A stretch of 61,751 nt of DNA, from the IMG/VR virus record IMGVR_UViG_3300012952_000024, positions 1 to 61,751 of that record; one strand, written 5' to 3'. The stretch's first letter is position 1. Each line of letters opens with the position of its first letter. Under the pieces are notes generated by a model. It was given only the letters and a program-made list of their open reading frames with translations, ran no database searches and had not been told where the DNA came from. Made by a program: the position numbers and the translations under genes. Shown in pieces: positions 49,562-59,410 of the stretch. Source of the stretch: a virus. Lineage: Duplodnaviria; Caudoviricetes.

Positions 49562-52500
49562 ATGGCTCTTAAGAACAACATAAACAGCGAAGGTCTTGCG
49601 GTGAGTAATGCCAAAAAGCAAGAGCTTCTGACGCGAAAAAGTAACAGCGCGCGCCAATTAGAAAACAATAATGTCCGCGACGAGCACGATTCTCAAGAAG
49701 AAATAGCTACAGACAGTTTTATTCCGAACTTTACTTCATTGGGAGTTTCTTTGCCCTCAATAATGGTTAGTAAGATTGTGCTTGAGCCCACCGGTGGCGA
49801 TATAATACCCGAGAACAATCCACATGTTGACGATGTTCAGGGCGCAAACATACAGTATGACAAATATGGAAATGTACAGTTTGTATCCAAGACGCTTGAT
49901 TACTTGACCAAAACTACAACCCCAGCAGGCCTGTTAGTAAAGCTATCTCTTTCAATAAAAGAGGTACTGAAATCGACTTCGGAACAGTCGCTTTATACGA
50001 CGGTCAACGATTATGGCACTTGGTTTGATAATGACGACTTTTTAAAATATTTAAACATAAGGGTGGTACAATCTACAAGCTCAAAACTTACAAATTTATT
50101 TAAAGAGGGTGAATCCGGAATCGATACCGCAACTTTTGAAGATCAAAGTCTTCACAAGCACTATAAAGAAAACTTAATTTCTGTAAAAAATGCAATCACA
50201 AAAGAAATTAAAGATTATAATTCATACACCGATTCAGATGGAAATACAATTTATGATATAGTGTTCGAAACTTCGTTTTTTCACAACACAACAACTCCTA
50301 CTCATCTTTCTTACTTTGTGCAAACTTTTTTAGATGTTGAGCAGATATCAGCAGACAACGGCTGTGGCGCCGCAAATCTTTCAGCAGCAGAACTTGGCAA
50401 AGTTCAAGGATACACATCTGCCGAACTGGTTGTCGATAAATCAAGAATATCCGAAAATGGATTTGCGTATAGGACATCAGAGAATAAGTTGTGGCTTGGC
50501 CCGGTGTATTATCGAAAAGGAGCTGGTTTTAGCAATGTCAGTGATCCCTCAGCTCTTAATTTCATTTCTCTTAAAAGGTTGGTCGTGCCAAATACAAAGA
50601 TCGAAGACCAAAGAGACTCGTTAAATTTTGAAAAAGCCGAAATTGAATTTTCTTTGATGGAATCAGAATTACAAAATTTAAATTTATCATTTTTAGAAAA
50701 ATCAGTTGTCGATGTTAAAAAAGTTACTGAATATTTTTCAGAACTTTACGGAACAAGAAGTTCGGATGGAACTTTTCGAGGAATGATTGGGTTTAATTTT
50801 CAAAAATTCCTCAGAGACAATAGTGAGTTTGGAAAATTATTCACCAATCCAAACTTAAGCGTTGTTGACGACATAGCCGATACATGTAGAATATCGATGG
50901 TTAAAATTATCAGAGAGAGAGTTGAAAACATTGACTCTTATAACGCCGTCAATTCGATCGTAGAAGGAAGGGTGCCGTTTGGAACCCATCTTCCCGGTAT
51001 CGTAACAAACTCAGAGCCGGTACATACAGTGGTGTATTCTTCCGCCAAAGCCGGCGAAATATTGAAGCCATATGCTAGGAATGTCACCATTTCTGGCGAA
51101 ACGGTAGAACCCACAGAAAAGAACAAAGCACTGAAGTCTTCCTTAATAAGACGGGGCTATATAGCCGAGATAAGTGTGCATCCAACAACTGATAAAAGCG
51201 TAAGGCACTTTTCATTTTCAGACGATCAGATAAAAACAGCAACAGACGGCCTATATCGGTATGGTATTGAAATAACAGTTGAAGACGGTGCACAGAAATA
51301 CCTACAATCTGTTGCTGCCAAGTTGTTACAAGCAAAAGATAAGTTGGAAAAGTATTATAATCATTGCACATTAAGAACAAATGGAAAATTAAACTATAAC
51401 GCAAAAATAGAAAAATACACACAATCGTTCATTAATTTAAAAAAGTCGCAATACCCCACTCCGGTTTCTGGTCGACTCCGCGGCAAAACCCAGGCAACCT
51501 ATTATTCCTCGACAAGAGAAATTAATCCGCCCACTCAGAGAAAACACCATCATCAGTTCTTGATTGATAAGAACGGGAATGGAAGAACCTCGACAACTAA
51601 CGGCCACTACCACAGGGTGAAAAATTTTAAAATTGGCAAAGCCATTAAAGAAGGAAAACGAAAAGTAATTAAAGACTCGCACAGTCATGCGACAATAGTA
51701 CAAGGTTCTTCATCTGGCGCCCCGTGGATCGAGCCAGTCGGCACCTATATAGAGGTATTAGATTTTTTCTCCGCCGGTCAACATGGCATGGACACTCTCA
51801 AGCTAGCTTTCATGTTATACAAGATGTTAAATCCTGAATCGGGAAAGCCGGAAAATATTTTAAGACTTGTAAAACTTATAGACAATCTATATCACAAGAT
51901 ACAAGCCGTATTCGGCGCACCAATCCAAATATCTAATCCCACGGCGACCCGATCGGGACAACGGGGCACGAAAGTTGTAAAATTTGTAAAAATGTTTGAC
52001 GAAATTTATGATTCAAATGTTCAAAAGGAAGTGGGATATGATTATTTGGATATTGGAGATGGCAAAATGTTCAAAAAGGACAAAGGATTATATGTGATCG
52101 ACGGTACAAATTATGTCCAGCGTGCAAAACAAGAGACAAGCAGATTCTTTTGCCCAGAGCACGCCGGCCAGATTTCAATTTCAGCAGGATCTCAAAGATA
52201 TGTTTCCGGAGACTTAGTCGCTAACAATGAATTGTCGTTTCTTTCACCAGCAAGGGCCAGCCTGGGTCCCGGAAAGAGCTATGACTTTCTCACCAGCTGC
52301 AACTTTAATGAAAACATATGGACAATCTATGAGTTAGATTCAATTATAACAGGATACAATCTTAGTACGGTTATTTACAAAAACTTGAGGCCTTCAACAT
52401 TAATGACGGCGGTATCCAGCACAAAAGAGAATTCAATGCTTAAAGTTCAGAACAACGCAGCTTTATTATTAGGTGGATTTAGTGCTGTAGCTAGCGATAT

Positions 52501-53467
52501 TTCGGAAACAAGTTTAAGCGGCATGTTAAAAATATATCCGATAACAATACAGCGCTGCCTAGAGAAAGTTGAGAATTATTTTGAGACAGAGTCGCCTTTT
52601 GTTCAGCAATTAGCGGCAAGAAGCACTGAATCATCGCCGCTCCTCCCGGAGAGCTTTATGATTCAAATCGCAGAAGAAACAAACGGAACTCTTGACTTTC
52701 TGGCCAGCCCAGTTAAAAGTAGCAGTCTGTTGTCTTCCAAAACTCTTGATAGTCCGTTCGGATCCGCGTCACGATCTACAATGTCGACCACGGCTCTTGA
52801 CATCTCACAGCCATACAATATTTTATCGACAGTGCCGTCGACTGAGTTCGAACAGTACCCCAATCAAATTAAGTCACTATTTATAGGAAATAGTCCTTTG
52901 AGAAAAATAATAGATCTATCAGAATCGGAAGAAGTAGATAGTACGACGAAAGCCGCGGCCGAATCGGTTGTCAAATTTAATACCCAACTGCTTAGGAAAA
53001 TTGAAGTTCTGGCCGGCTACAACATTAAAGAAACCGGAGAGGTGCTCATAAAAGATCCACAATGGACCGAGCTAACCTATGATTTATACAACAGCAATAC
53101 TGGAAAAGTCTTGTTGTGCCGGCTTAAACAGTATAACAATGTTAATACAGGCACCAGCACTCAAGCCTTGTCAGAGTTGCCAGTTTATAATGAATATTTT
53201 ATGCTAGAGCCAAAAAAGCAAGAAGCAACTAAAACTACAAGAACTACAACGCGGAACCCAAACAATTATCGTTCTCGCATGCAAAAAAGAAGAACAAAAA
53301 TAACGAATCGAATTAACACCAACATAAGCACCCAAGTGCTATCAGGAGATAAACTTGGTTCAAATATGTTGGTCTTAGATCCAGACTCAGCAACTGAACC
53401 TGCAGTTACACAACCAGTCGAGGCTCGGGATTCCAGTTCTTCATACAATACAGGAGGGAGAAAATAA
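49562..53467 (+). CDS. large putative virion protein (1301 aa) with a His-rich insert
   Basis: Lies within the tail module. HHH..HYH..HSH cluster. Confidence 0.55.
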   Translation: MALKNNINSEGLAVSNAKKQELLTRKSNSARQLENNNVRDEHDSQEEIATDSFIPNFTSLGVSLPSIMVSKIVLEPTGGDIIPENNPHVDDVQGANIQYDKYGNVQFVSKTLDYLTKTTTPAGLLVKLSLSIKEVLKSTSEQSLYTTVNDYGTWFDNDDFLKYLNIRVVQSTSSKLTNLFKEGESGIDTATFEDQSLHKHYKENLISVKNAITKEIKDYNSYTDSDGNTIYDIVFETSFFHNTTTPTHLSYFVQTFLDVEQISADNGCGAANLSAAELGKVQGYTSAELVVDKSRISENGFAYRTSENKLWLGPVYYRKGAGFSNVSDPSALNFISLKRLVVPNTKIEDQRDSLNFEKAEIEFSLMESELQNLNLSFLEKSVVDVKKVTEYFSELYGTRSSDGTFRGMIGFNFQKFLRDNSEFGKLFTNPNLSVVDDIADTCRISMVKIIRERVENIDSYNAVNSIVEGRVPFGTHLPGIVTNSEPVHTVVYSSAKAGEILKPYARNVTISGETVEPTEKNKALKSSLIRRGYIAEISVHPTTDKSVRHFSFSDDQIKTATDGLYRYGIEITVEDGAQKYLQSVAAKLLQAKDKLEKYYNHCTLRTNGKLNYNAKIEKYTQSFINLKKSQYPTPVSGRLRGKTQATYYSSTREINPPTQRKHHHQFLIDKNGNGRTSTTNGHYHRVKNFKIGKAIKEGKRKVIKDSHSHATIVQGSSSGAPWIEPVGTYIEVLDFFSAGQHGMDTLKLAFMLYKMLNPESGKPENILRLVKLIDNLYHKIQAVFGAPIQISNPTATRSGQRGTKVVKFVKMFDEIYDSNVQKEVGYDYLDIGDGKMFKKDKGLYVIDGTNYVQRAKQETSRFFCPEHAGQISISAGSQRYVSGDLVANNELSFLSPARASLGPGKSYDFLTSCNFNENIWTIYELDSIITGYNLSTVIYKNLRPSTLMTAVSSTKENSMLKVQNNAALLLGGFSAVASDISETSLSGMLKIYPITIQRCLEKVENYFETESPFVQQLAARSTESSPLLPESFMIQIAEETNGTLDFLASPVKSSSLLSSKTLDSPFGSASRSTMSTTALDISQPYNILSTVPSTEFEQYPNQIKSLFIGNSPLRKIIDLSESEEVDSTTKAAAESVVKFNTQLLRKIEVLAGYNIKETGEVLIKDPQWTELTYDLYNSNTGKVLLCRLKQYNNVNTGTSTQALSELPVYNEYFMLEPKKQEATKTTRTTTRNPNNYRSRMQKRRTKITNRINTNISTQVLSGDKLGSNMLVLDPDSATEPAVTQPVEARDSSSSYNTGGRK

Positions 53468-55995
53468 TGGCAGTTGGCAAAAAGAAAATATTCACTGACC
53501 GCGAACATTATAACAGCTCAGCCGATCCGTTTCGCGACATAGTGAAAAAATATTGGGACAAGCAAAATTCCTTTAATATTAGTAAACAAGACAACGATTC
53601 AGAATACGGAGAATCATTCTCTGATCCCGGCGCCCCATTTGAAATAATTTTTGTTGGAGACACCAACAGAATAGAGCATGAAAAGTTCTACGAATTCGAG
53701 CAAAAGATTATTTTTAAAGGGAATCAAGCGCGCTCTGATAATGAATCTCAACCCGCTGCGGCATGGTCAGAGCTAATAAATGGATTGTATGAAAAAGCGC
53801 AAGAGCAAAAATATTATGATCATTCATTTACTATGGATCTTCCATATAGTGAAAAAGAGCTTAAAATCTTAAATTTGAGCCAAAAAGTAAACACCGCTAA
53901 TATAATACCAAATTATAATTTTTATATTGAAGGTTATGAAGAACAAATTCAAAAACAAGCAATTTCTGAAAATTTATTACCAAACTTGTATGTTTTCGCA
54001 TTGGCGGAGCTTGAAGGCGAAGAAGGGTACAATATTAAGGATGATGATTTGGACGGACTTATTTCCTTAGGCGGAAGAGTTGATAAGAATATGTTAAAAA
54101 GTAGAAATCGTCCCTTAAAAGAAGAAACAAGAGTAGAAGACTCGGATAAGAAATATTTTTCAAATTTTGGCAAACACTATAAAGCATACTCGAAAAATAG
54201 GAAAAGAAAGCTTAAACGGATGGCAGACAGGTTTTCGGAAATGTCTATAGACAATAGCGTTATAGATAACATCGGCAGCTACAACGAAAAGACTTATATA
54301 TTTCCAATGTACACTGATATAGAATTTGTGACAGATCGCTCAACTTATGTAGCGGAAATCTTAAAGGCTGCAAATCTCAGCAGCAAACTTATGAGCTATG
54401 TGATTGATAATAAAGGTTCGTTTAATAAGATTCCGCTAGCTGAAGCACATAGCAAAATAGTTCAGCCTCCGTCAAAAGAATTAGAAAAGGTTGCAAAATT
54501 TGAATCTAAAGTGCGAACAAAGGAATATCAGACCTTTGATTTGTTGGGTTGGTGGGAAAAGAATTCAGATAACATGTATTCCGATAATCCGCTCAACGCA
54601 CTCAATCGAATTATGATATCTCAAAATGTGGAGCCTGAAGACGAACATAGTAAAATTCGTCAAGGATATTTACAACACATCAATAAAACCATATTTGTTA
54701 GCAAATTTAGAAAGTTTATTAAAAACTATACTCGGTCATATAAATCAATAATTAACGGAGATCATTCATATTCAGAAACATTGATGTATAGAATTGATAA
54801 ATACCTTGGCCCGCCAACTGGTCGACCAATACAGTCTTTCTATCTTTGCAATTCAAACGAGGTCGAAACACTTAATGTGATAGATACCCAAGTTAAGTAC
54901 GACACTGAATATACATATGTTATTGTTGCATATGAACTAGTACTGGGCACAGAATATTATTACAAAGATCTTCTGGCAAACACTAGAGAGGCAGCCGACG
55001 GAAAAACAGAGTGTTTAGCTGAAGCCACAGTAGTGTCTAGGCCCTCGCTTAAGGTTATACAAGTGCCGATATTTGCAGAGAAAGAGAGAATAATTGATGA
55101 TCCTCCTGTTTCGCCTGATATTGATATTGTTCCATATAGAGGAGTGAACAATAGATTGTTGTTTAACTTTATGGGGAATGTTGGCGAGTATTATTTAGAT
55201 CCTATATTCTTCAACAAGGAAGAAGAGAGAAATTATGAAGAGATTCGAATGGCACAAAAGCTTTTTCCAGATGAGCCGATCAGATTTAGCAGTGACGACC
55301 CGGCTGCAGTATTCGAGGTGTTTAGAACAACTATAAAGCCAAAATCATACCAAGATTTCAAGAACGCAAAAAGAGTGACAGTCAAAACTGATGTGTCGGA
55401 GGAGACAATACAGAAAGCTGCTACAGCTTCGTATATTGAGTTTTTGTCCCCAAACACGAAATATTATTATATATTTCGTTCTATTGACATACATGGACAC
55501 ATTTCATATCCTTCGCATGTTTATGAAATAGAATTGGTAGATGACGCCGGCGCAACATATTTACTTATAAAGACAGTTGATTTCGAACCAGAAACAAAGA
55601 AACGACCAAACCGAAACATGAAGAAATATCTTCATATTATTCCGTCGCTAGCGCAAGCTTTAGTAAATCCAGAAAAATCTGGTCTTGTTAACGAGGACGG
55701 CATGCCAATCGACAGCGCACTACTGTCAGATGGAAATATCCAATTAGGGTTTCAAGAGTCGCCAATTTGGGGCAAAAGATTCAAAGTACGACTGACATCA
55801 AAACAAACCGGTAGAAAGCTTGATTTAAATATAAAATTTGATCAGAAGCACATTACTACTGAAAGCGATTATACAACCGGAGAAATAATCGAAAGAGGAC
55901 AGTCAACAGATAGAAAAATCAGAGCAAGATCTTATTATAAAAGAAAAGATAAAAACCTAATCGAAGAAGAAGACTTACAAGATCTATTGTCTTAA
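53467..55995 (+). CDS. putative virion protein (842 aa) with FN3/Ig-like C-terminal domains
   Basis: 'IDTQVKYDTEYTYVIVAY', 'LSPNTKYYYIFRSID.HG..S.PS'. Confidence 0.55.
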   Translation: MAVGKKKIFTDREHYNSSADPFRDIVKKYWDKQNSFNISKQDNDSEYGESFSDPGAPFEIIFVGDTNRIEHEKFYEFEQKIIFKGNQARSDNESQPAAAWSELINGLYEKAQEQKYYDHSFTMDLPYSEKELKILNLSQKVNTANIIPNYNFYIEGYEEQIQKQAISENLLPNLYVFALAELEGEEGYNIKDDDLDGLISLGGRVDKNMLKSRNRPLKEETRVEDSDKKYFSNFGKHYKAYSKNRKRKLKRMADRFSEMSIDNSVIDNIGSYNEKTYIFPMYTDIEFVTDRSTYVAEILKAANLSSKLMSYVIDNKGSFNKIPLAEAHSKIVQPPSKELEKVAKFESKVRTKEYQTFDLLGWWEKNSDNMYSDNPLNALNRIMISQNVEPEDEHSKIRQGYLQHINKTIFVSKFRKFIKNYTRSYKSIINGDHSYSETLMYRIDKYLGPPTGRPIQSFYLCNSNEVETLNVIDTQVKYDTEYTYVIVAYELVLGTEYYYKDLLANTREAADGKTECLAEATVVSRPSLKVIQVPIFAEKERIIDDPPVSPDIDIVPYRGVNNRLLFNFMGNVGEYYLDPIFFNKEEERNYEEIRMAQKLFPDEPIRFSSDDPAAVFEVFRTTIKPKSYQDFKNAKRVTVKTDVSEETIQKAATASYIEFLSPNTKYYYIFRSIDIHGHISYPSHVYEIELVDDAGATYLLIKTVDFEPETKKRPNRNMKKYLHIIPSLAQALVNPEKSGLVNEDGMPIDSALLSDGNIQLGFQESPIWGKRFKVRLTSKQTGRKLDLNIKFDQKHITTESDYTTGEIIERGQSTDRKIRARSYYKRKDKNLIEEEDLQDLLS

Positions 55996-56036
55996 ACCGA
56001 TTGGTATAAAAAAAATCGACATTTATAAACTAAATC

Positions 56037-56047
56037 ACTAATTATTT
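56037..56047 (+). promoter_or_regulatory. candidate phage late-promoter motif ACTAATTATTT
   Basis: Intergenic, just upstream of the AGGAG SD of 56066. Confidence 0.35.
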
Positions 56048-56065
56048 AACAGGAGAACATACAAA

Positions 56066-57001
56066 ATGGCATTTTTAGATAACTCGGGCGATATTATATT
56101 GGACGCCGTGTTAACCGATACTGGAAGAATGAGACTAGCCCGGGCAGATGGCTCGTTTAAAATTGTAAAATTTGCTCTCGGAGATGATGAAATAGACTAT
56201 TCAAGCTATAATTTATCGCACGCTAGCGGGTCGGCATATTATGATTTGGAAGTATTACAGACTCCTGTATTGGAAGCATTTACAAACAACGCCTCTTCTA
56301 TGAAGTCAAATTTAATTTCAATTGCGCGCAACGACTTGTTGTATATGCCAATTATTAAACTTAATACTCTTTTTTCTAGTACAAAACAAAACTTATCCGG
56401 AACCTTTCTGGTAGCAGTCGATACGGATACTGAAAAATCTTTTTCCGGTGGTACCAGTCCGCCCGACGGCCTGATTAAAGGCGCTTCTAGAGATAGCGTC
56501 TTCCATGTCCGTTGTGATCAAGGCATTGATGCGAAAGATGGCACAGGTTCGCCAATCATTTCTCCCGTACAAGCTTTAGATGCAGATTTGGTAGAAACGC
56601 AATACATGATTCAAATTGATAATCGATTTGGAACTATTCGTTCGATTAACGATAATACTGCAACAGTTTCGTATGTCGACGATGATAATGTGGCAAGCTA
56701 TTACTTATCGCTTGGCACAGACATGGAGTATGTAAGAGAGAACACTGAAAGATCTCAAGACGCTCCAAACGAAACTATTGTTGGTCCACGAGGAACGATA
56801 TTAGAATTTAGAATCCAATCTTCGCTGGAACTCAATACAAGCAACTACTTATTTTCACGACTGGGCAGCACAATTAACATGTATGACAAAGAGAGTGTCG
56901 TTCAATCTGTTTATTATATAGATTCTACAGTCAGAGTTCAGGGAGCCACGACAGGGTATTCGGTTGACATACCCGTTAGGTTTATTAAATTAGTTAACTA
57001 A
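56066..57001 (+). CDS. virion structural protein, tail-collar (DUF3751/P2 gpH N-terminal)-like
   Basis: 'MAFLDNSGDIILDAVLTDTGRMRLA...KFALGDDEIDY'. Confidence 0.6.
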   Translation: MAFLDNSGDIILDAVLTDTGRMRLARADGSFKIVKFALGDDEIDYSSYNLSHASGSAYYDLEVLQTPVLEAFTNNASSMKSNLISIARNDLLYMPIIKLNTLFSSTKQNLSGTFLVAVDTDTEKSFSGGTSPPDGLIKGASRDSVFHVRCDQGIDAKDGTGSPIISPVQALDADLVETQYMIQIDNRFGTIRSINDNTATVSYVDDDNVASYYLSLGTDMEYVRENTERSQDAPNETIVGPRGTILEFRIQSSLELNTSNYLFSRLGSTINMYDKESVVQSVYYIDSTVRVQGATTGYSVDIPVRFIKLVN

Positions 57002-57014
57002 CAGGAACATATAA

Positions 57015-58181
57015 ATGGCAACAACATATAAAACTTTAACAAACAACGACATTGTCTCGACAAGAACCTTGCTTCACGAAGCTGTGCCCGTTACTGGTGC
57101 AATCTCATCGGGTTCTTACGAAGAAAACAATATTAAGAACTACGCACATGGGATGTTTCAAAGCGTTTATGACTATCCGTTTCTAAGCTCTTCTGCAAAT
57201 CATATATTTGATATTACAGCAGGATATTCAACGCAGGCACCGGGATATACCGCCGGCGCAATGCTCTCAGCGTCAACAAATACGCAGAACGCCAAAAAGA
57301 TAAATATTTATAATCAAATGGCTCAAGTCTTGATGGGTTATGACATGACTGGCTCGATTCAAAGATTTGACGAGGACGGGAATATCCTCGCCGGCGGAAG
57401 TAAGCTTGATGCATGCTATTTTATAAACCTTTCCAGACTTTTGACGAAGGACGAGATTAAGAAAGGTTCCTTTCAGATGGAATTAGGAGTGGATCATGGC
57501 ATCGGTGGTCACGCCGATCCGTTTTCGAAAGGCGTACGAATTTTAATTCACGATGTATCGGCCTCTAACGATTTTAGAATAAACTCACCAGCTGGAGAGT
57601 ATGGAATACTGCAAGCAGTCAATTCGGGAACCGGCTCAGCTCTAGCTGCCGAAAATGTTGCATGTGGGCTTATTTTCTATCAGGCGGGCATCGCAGTAGT
57701 GTCCGCATCGGTATTTAATTCGAGTACTGACGGCGGAATTCTGGCAGCCAGCACCGCAACGGCCGCAAACTGGGGCTTCAGAAGCGATACCACGGTCATC
57801 ATGGGCGTCAACGGCGCCGCAGACGGACATGGTCATATGTGTTCATGGCAGCAGTTGACTGCGTCTCAGATTTCAGGCGCCGCAGACAGTTTCCGTCGCC
57901 GCATATACAATCTTCAATTCAATAACACGACTGAGCTAAATTCAACGATCTACTTTTGTCGTGTAAATCACAACGATTTTAATTATAGTGCAAACCCAAC
58001 TTATTTAGATGGCAGTCAAATCCGAGTTAAGAACACGAGATCCGACATGCCCTCCTCATATATAACAACGGTTGGGTTATATTCCGCCGACAATGAGCTT
58101 CTGGCGGTTGCGAAGCTTTCCGAGCCACTGAAGAAAGATCCGACAACAGAATTAACATTGCGCGTTCGCCTTGATTATTAA
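57015..58181 (+). CDS. virion structural protein (tail/baseplate)
   Basis: C-terminal 'FNYSANPT..YITTVGLYSADNELLAVAKLSEPLKK..LRVRLDY'. Paralog of 58213. Confidence 0.65.
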   Translation: MATTYKTLTNNDIVSTRTLLHEAVPVTGAISSGSYEENNIKNYAHGMFQSVYDYPFLSSSANHIFDITAGYSTQAPGYTAGAMLSASTNTQNAKKINIYNQMAQVLMGYDMTGSIQRFDEDGNILAGGSKLDACYFINLSRLLTKDEIKKGSFQMELGVDHGIGGHADPFSKGVRILIHDVSASNDFRINSPAGEYGILQAVNSGTGSALAAENVACGLIFYQAGIAVVSASVFNSSTDGGILAASTATAANWGFRSDTTVIMGVNGAADGHGHMCSWQQLTASQISGAADSFRRRIYNLQFNNTTELNSTIYFCRVNHNDFNYSANPTYLDGSQIRVKNTRSDMPSSYITTVGLYSADNELLAVAKLSEPLKKDPTTELTLRVRLDY

Positions 58182-58197
58182 TTGTTTTTAAAACTAA

Positions 58198-58207
58198 ACT
58201 ATTTAAT
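58198..58207 (+). promoter_or_regulatory. candidate phage late-promoter motif ACTATTTAAT
   Basis: Intergenic, 5 nt before ATG 58213, no SD. Confidence 0.3.
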
Positions 58208-58212
58208 ATCAA

Positions 58213-59409
58213 ATGCCGCTTTATAAATTCAAACAAAACGATATACTACGACATGTTGTCGAAGCTCATCCTTCGGCAGAATTCTTTATTTATAATGGAA
58301 AGATATATCATAATAAAGAAGGCACCGTCCCGGGACAGTTTTCAACTTCAACTCCCGTAGATGCCATAGGCGGAGTTAGCTTATATGAGTTAAATATCGA
58401 TAGGACTGAAGCCGCGACAGGACTAGTATACCCCTTTTTAACTAAGGATGGAACGCTTAGTGCGTTTAAATCTGTTTCGACTAGTGCCTTCAGCAGTGAT
58501 TTTGGCTACGGCGACACGATAACAGGAAGCTACCCTTTAACTGCCAGTATACGCAGAGATTACCTTGCGTCGACTCCTTCGAAGAAATATATTAAAGCTC
58601 TCAGAAACACGCTTGAGCATTATGTACCGCTAAGCCCACATTTCCAATACTCTTCTAGTTTAGGAGACAAGGCAACTCAAGAGTTATCTCTTGTGAGCAT
58701 ACCGTCAATTTTTTATGGTTCTTCTATACAAAAGGGCTCAATTAGTCTACAATATTATATAAGCGGTTCGTTGGTAGCCGAGTTAAAAGATGAAAATAAA
58801 AATGGCGAACTCATACAGGTGGGCCCTGAAGGTTCAAACGGATCGGGATCCGTCGCCGGCATCGCGTTATATACAGAAGGATTTTTAGTATTAACAGGCG
58901 CATGGACTGTTGAGAATGATTCTACGATTGAAAGAGACTATATCGACGACGGTACAAACTTGAAAAAATCATCATGGATTTTCTGGGGCTCCGGCGCAAA
59001 TGATGGCGTTGCCGGCACCGGCGCCGGATATCCGACAGTGTCAGCTAGTTATGGACTTTCCTTTAAGGGTACAACATATACTCCCGTTTTAACAATGATG
59101 GCTCATGCCGATATCGGCGAGTTAAACTATTCGAACAATCCCACATTTTTAAAATACGGGCAAACAGGCTCAATGCAGCCGGCCACCAGTTCCTTTCAAT
59201 ATCAAGAGAGTGTTGATTTGTTAATTAAAAATACAAATTCCTCATCATATCATCAGTATGAGGATCCTTCTTTTGAGAGACAAACTTTCATTAGTAAAAT
59301 CGGTATATACGATAGCGAAAGAAACCTAATTGGGGTTGCGAGCTTAGCAACTCCTGTAAAGAAAAAAGAAACACAAGAATACACATTTAAACTAAAGCTA
59401 GATATCTAA
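58213..59409 (+). CDS. virion structural protein (tail/baseplate), paralog of 57015
   Basis: 'IQKGSISL', 'G...Y..G..V', 'LNYSNNPT..FISKIGIYDSERNLIGVASLATPVKK..FKLKLDI'. Confidence 0.65.
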   Translation: MPLYKFKQNDILRHVVEAHPSAEFFIYNGKIYHNKEGTVPGQFSTSTPVDAIGGVSLYELNIDRTEAATGLVYPFLTKDGTLSAFKSVSTSAFSSDFGYGDTITGSYPLTASIRRDYLASTPSKKYIKALRNTLEHYVPLSPHFQYSSSLGDKATQELSLVSIPSIFYGSSIQKGSISLQYYISGSLVAELKDENKNGELIQVGPEGSNGSGSVAGIALYTEGFLVLTGAWTVENDSTIERDYIDDGTNLKKSSWIFWGSGANDGVAGTGAGYPTVSASYGLSFKGTTYTPVLTMMAHADIGELNYSNNPTFLKYGQTGSMQPATSSFQYQESVDLLIKNTNSSSYHQYEDPSFERQTFISKIGIYDSERNLIGVASLATPVKKKETQEYTFKLKLDI

Positions 59410-59410
59410 T

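Noticed and set aside
55996-56030. CGATT...AATCG inverted repeat as an intrinsic terminator
   Set aside because: Only a 5-bp stem with a long loop and no proper U-tract.
22497-59409. Bacterial contractile injection system (eCIS/T6SS/tailocin) instead of a phage
   Set aside because: Flanked by primase, resolvase, phage sigma, PhoH and tRNAs in phage-like packing, with no bacterial housekeeping context.
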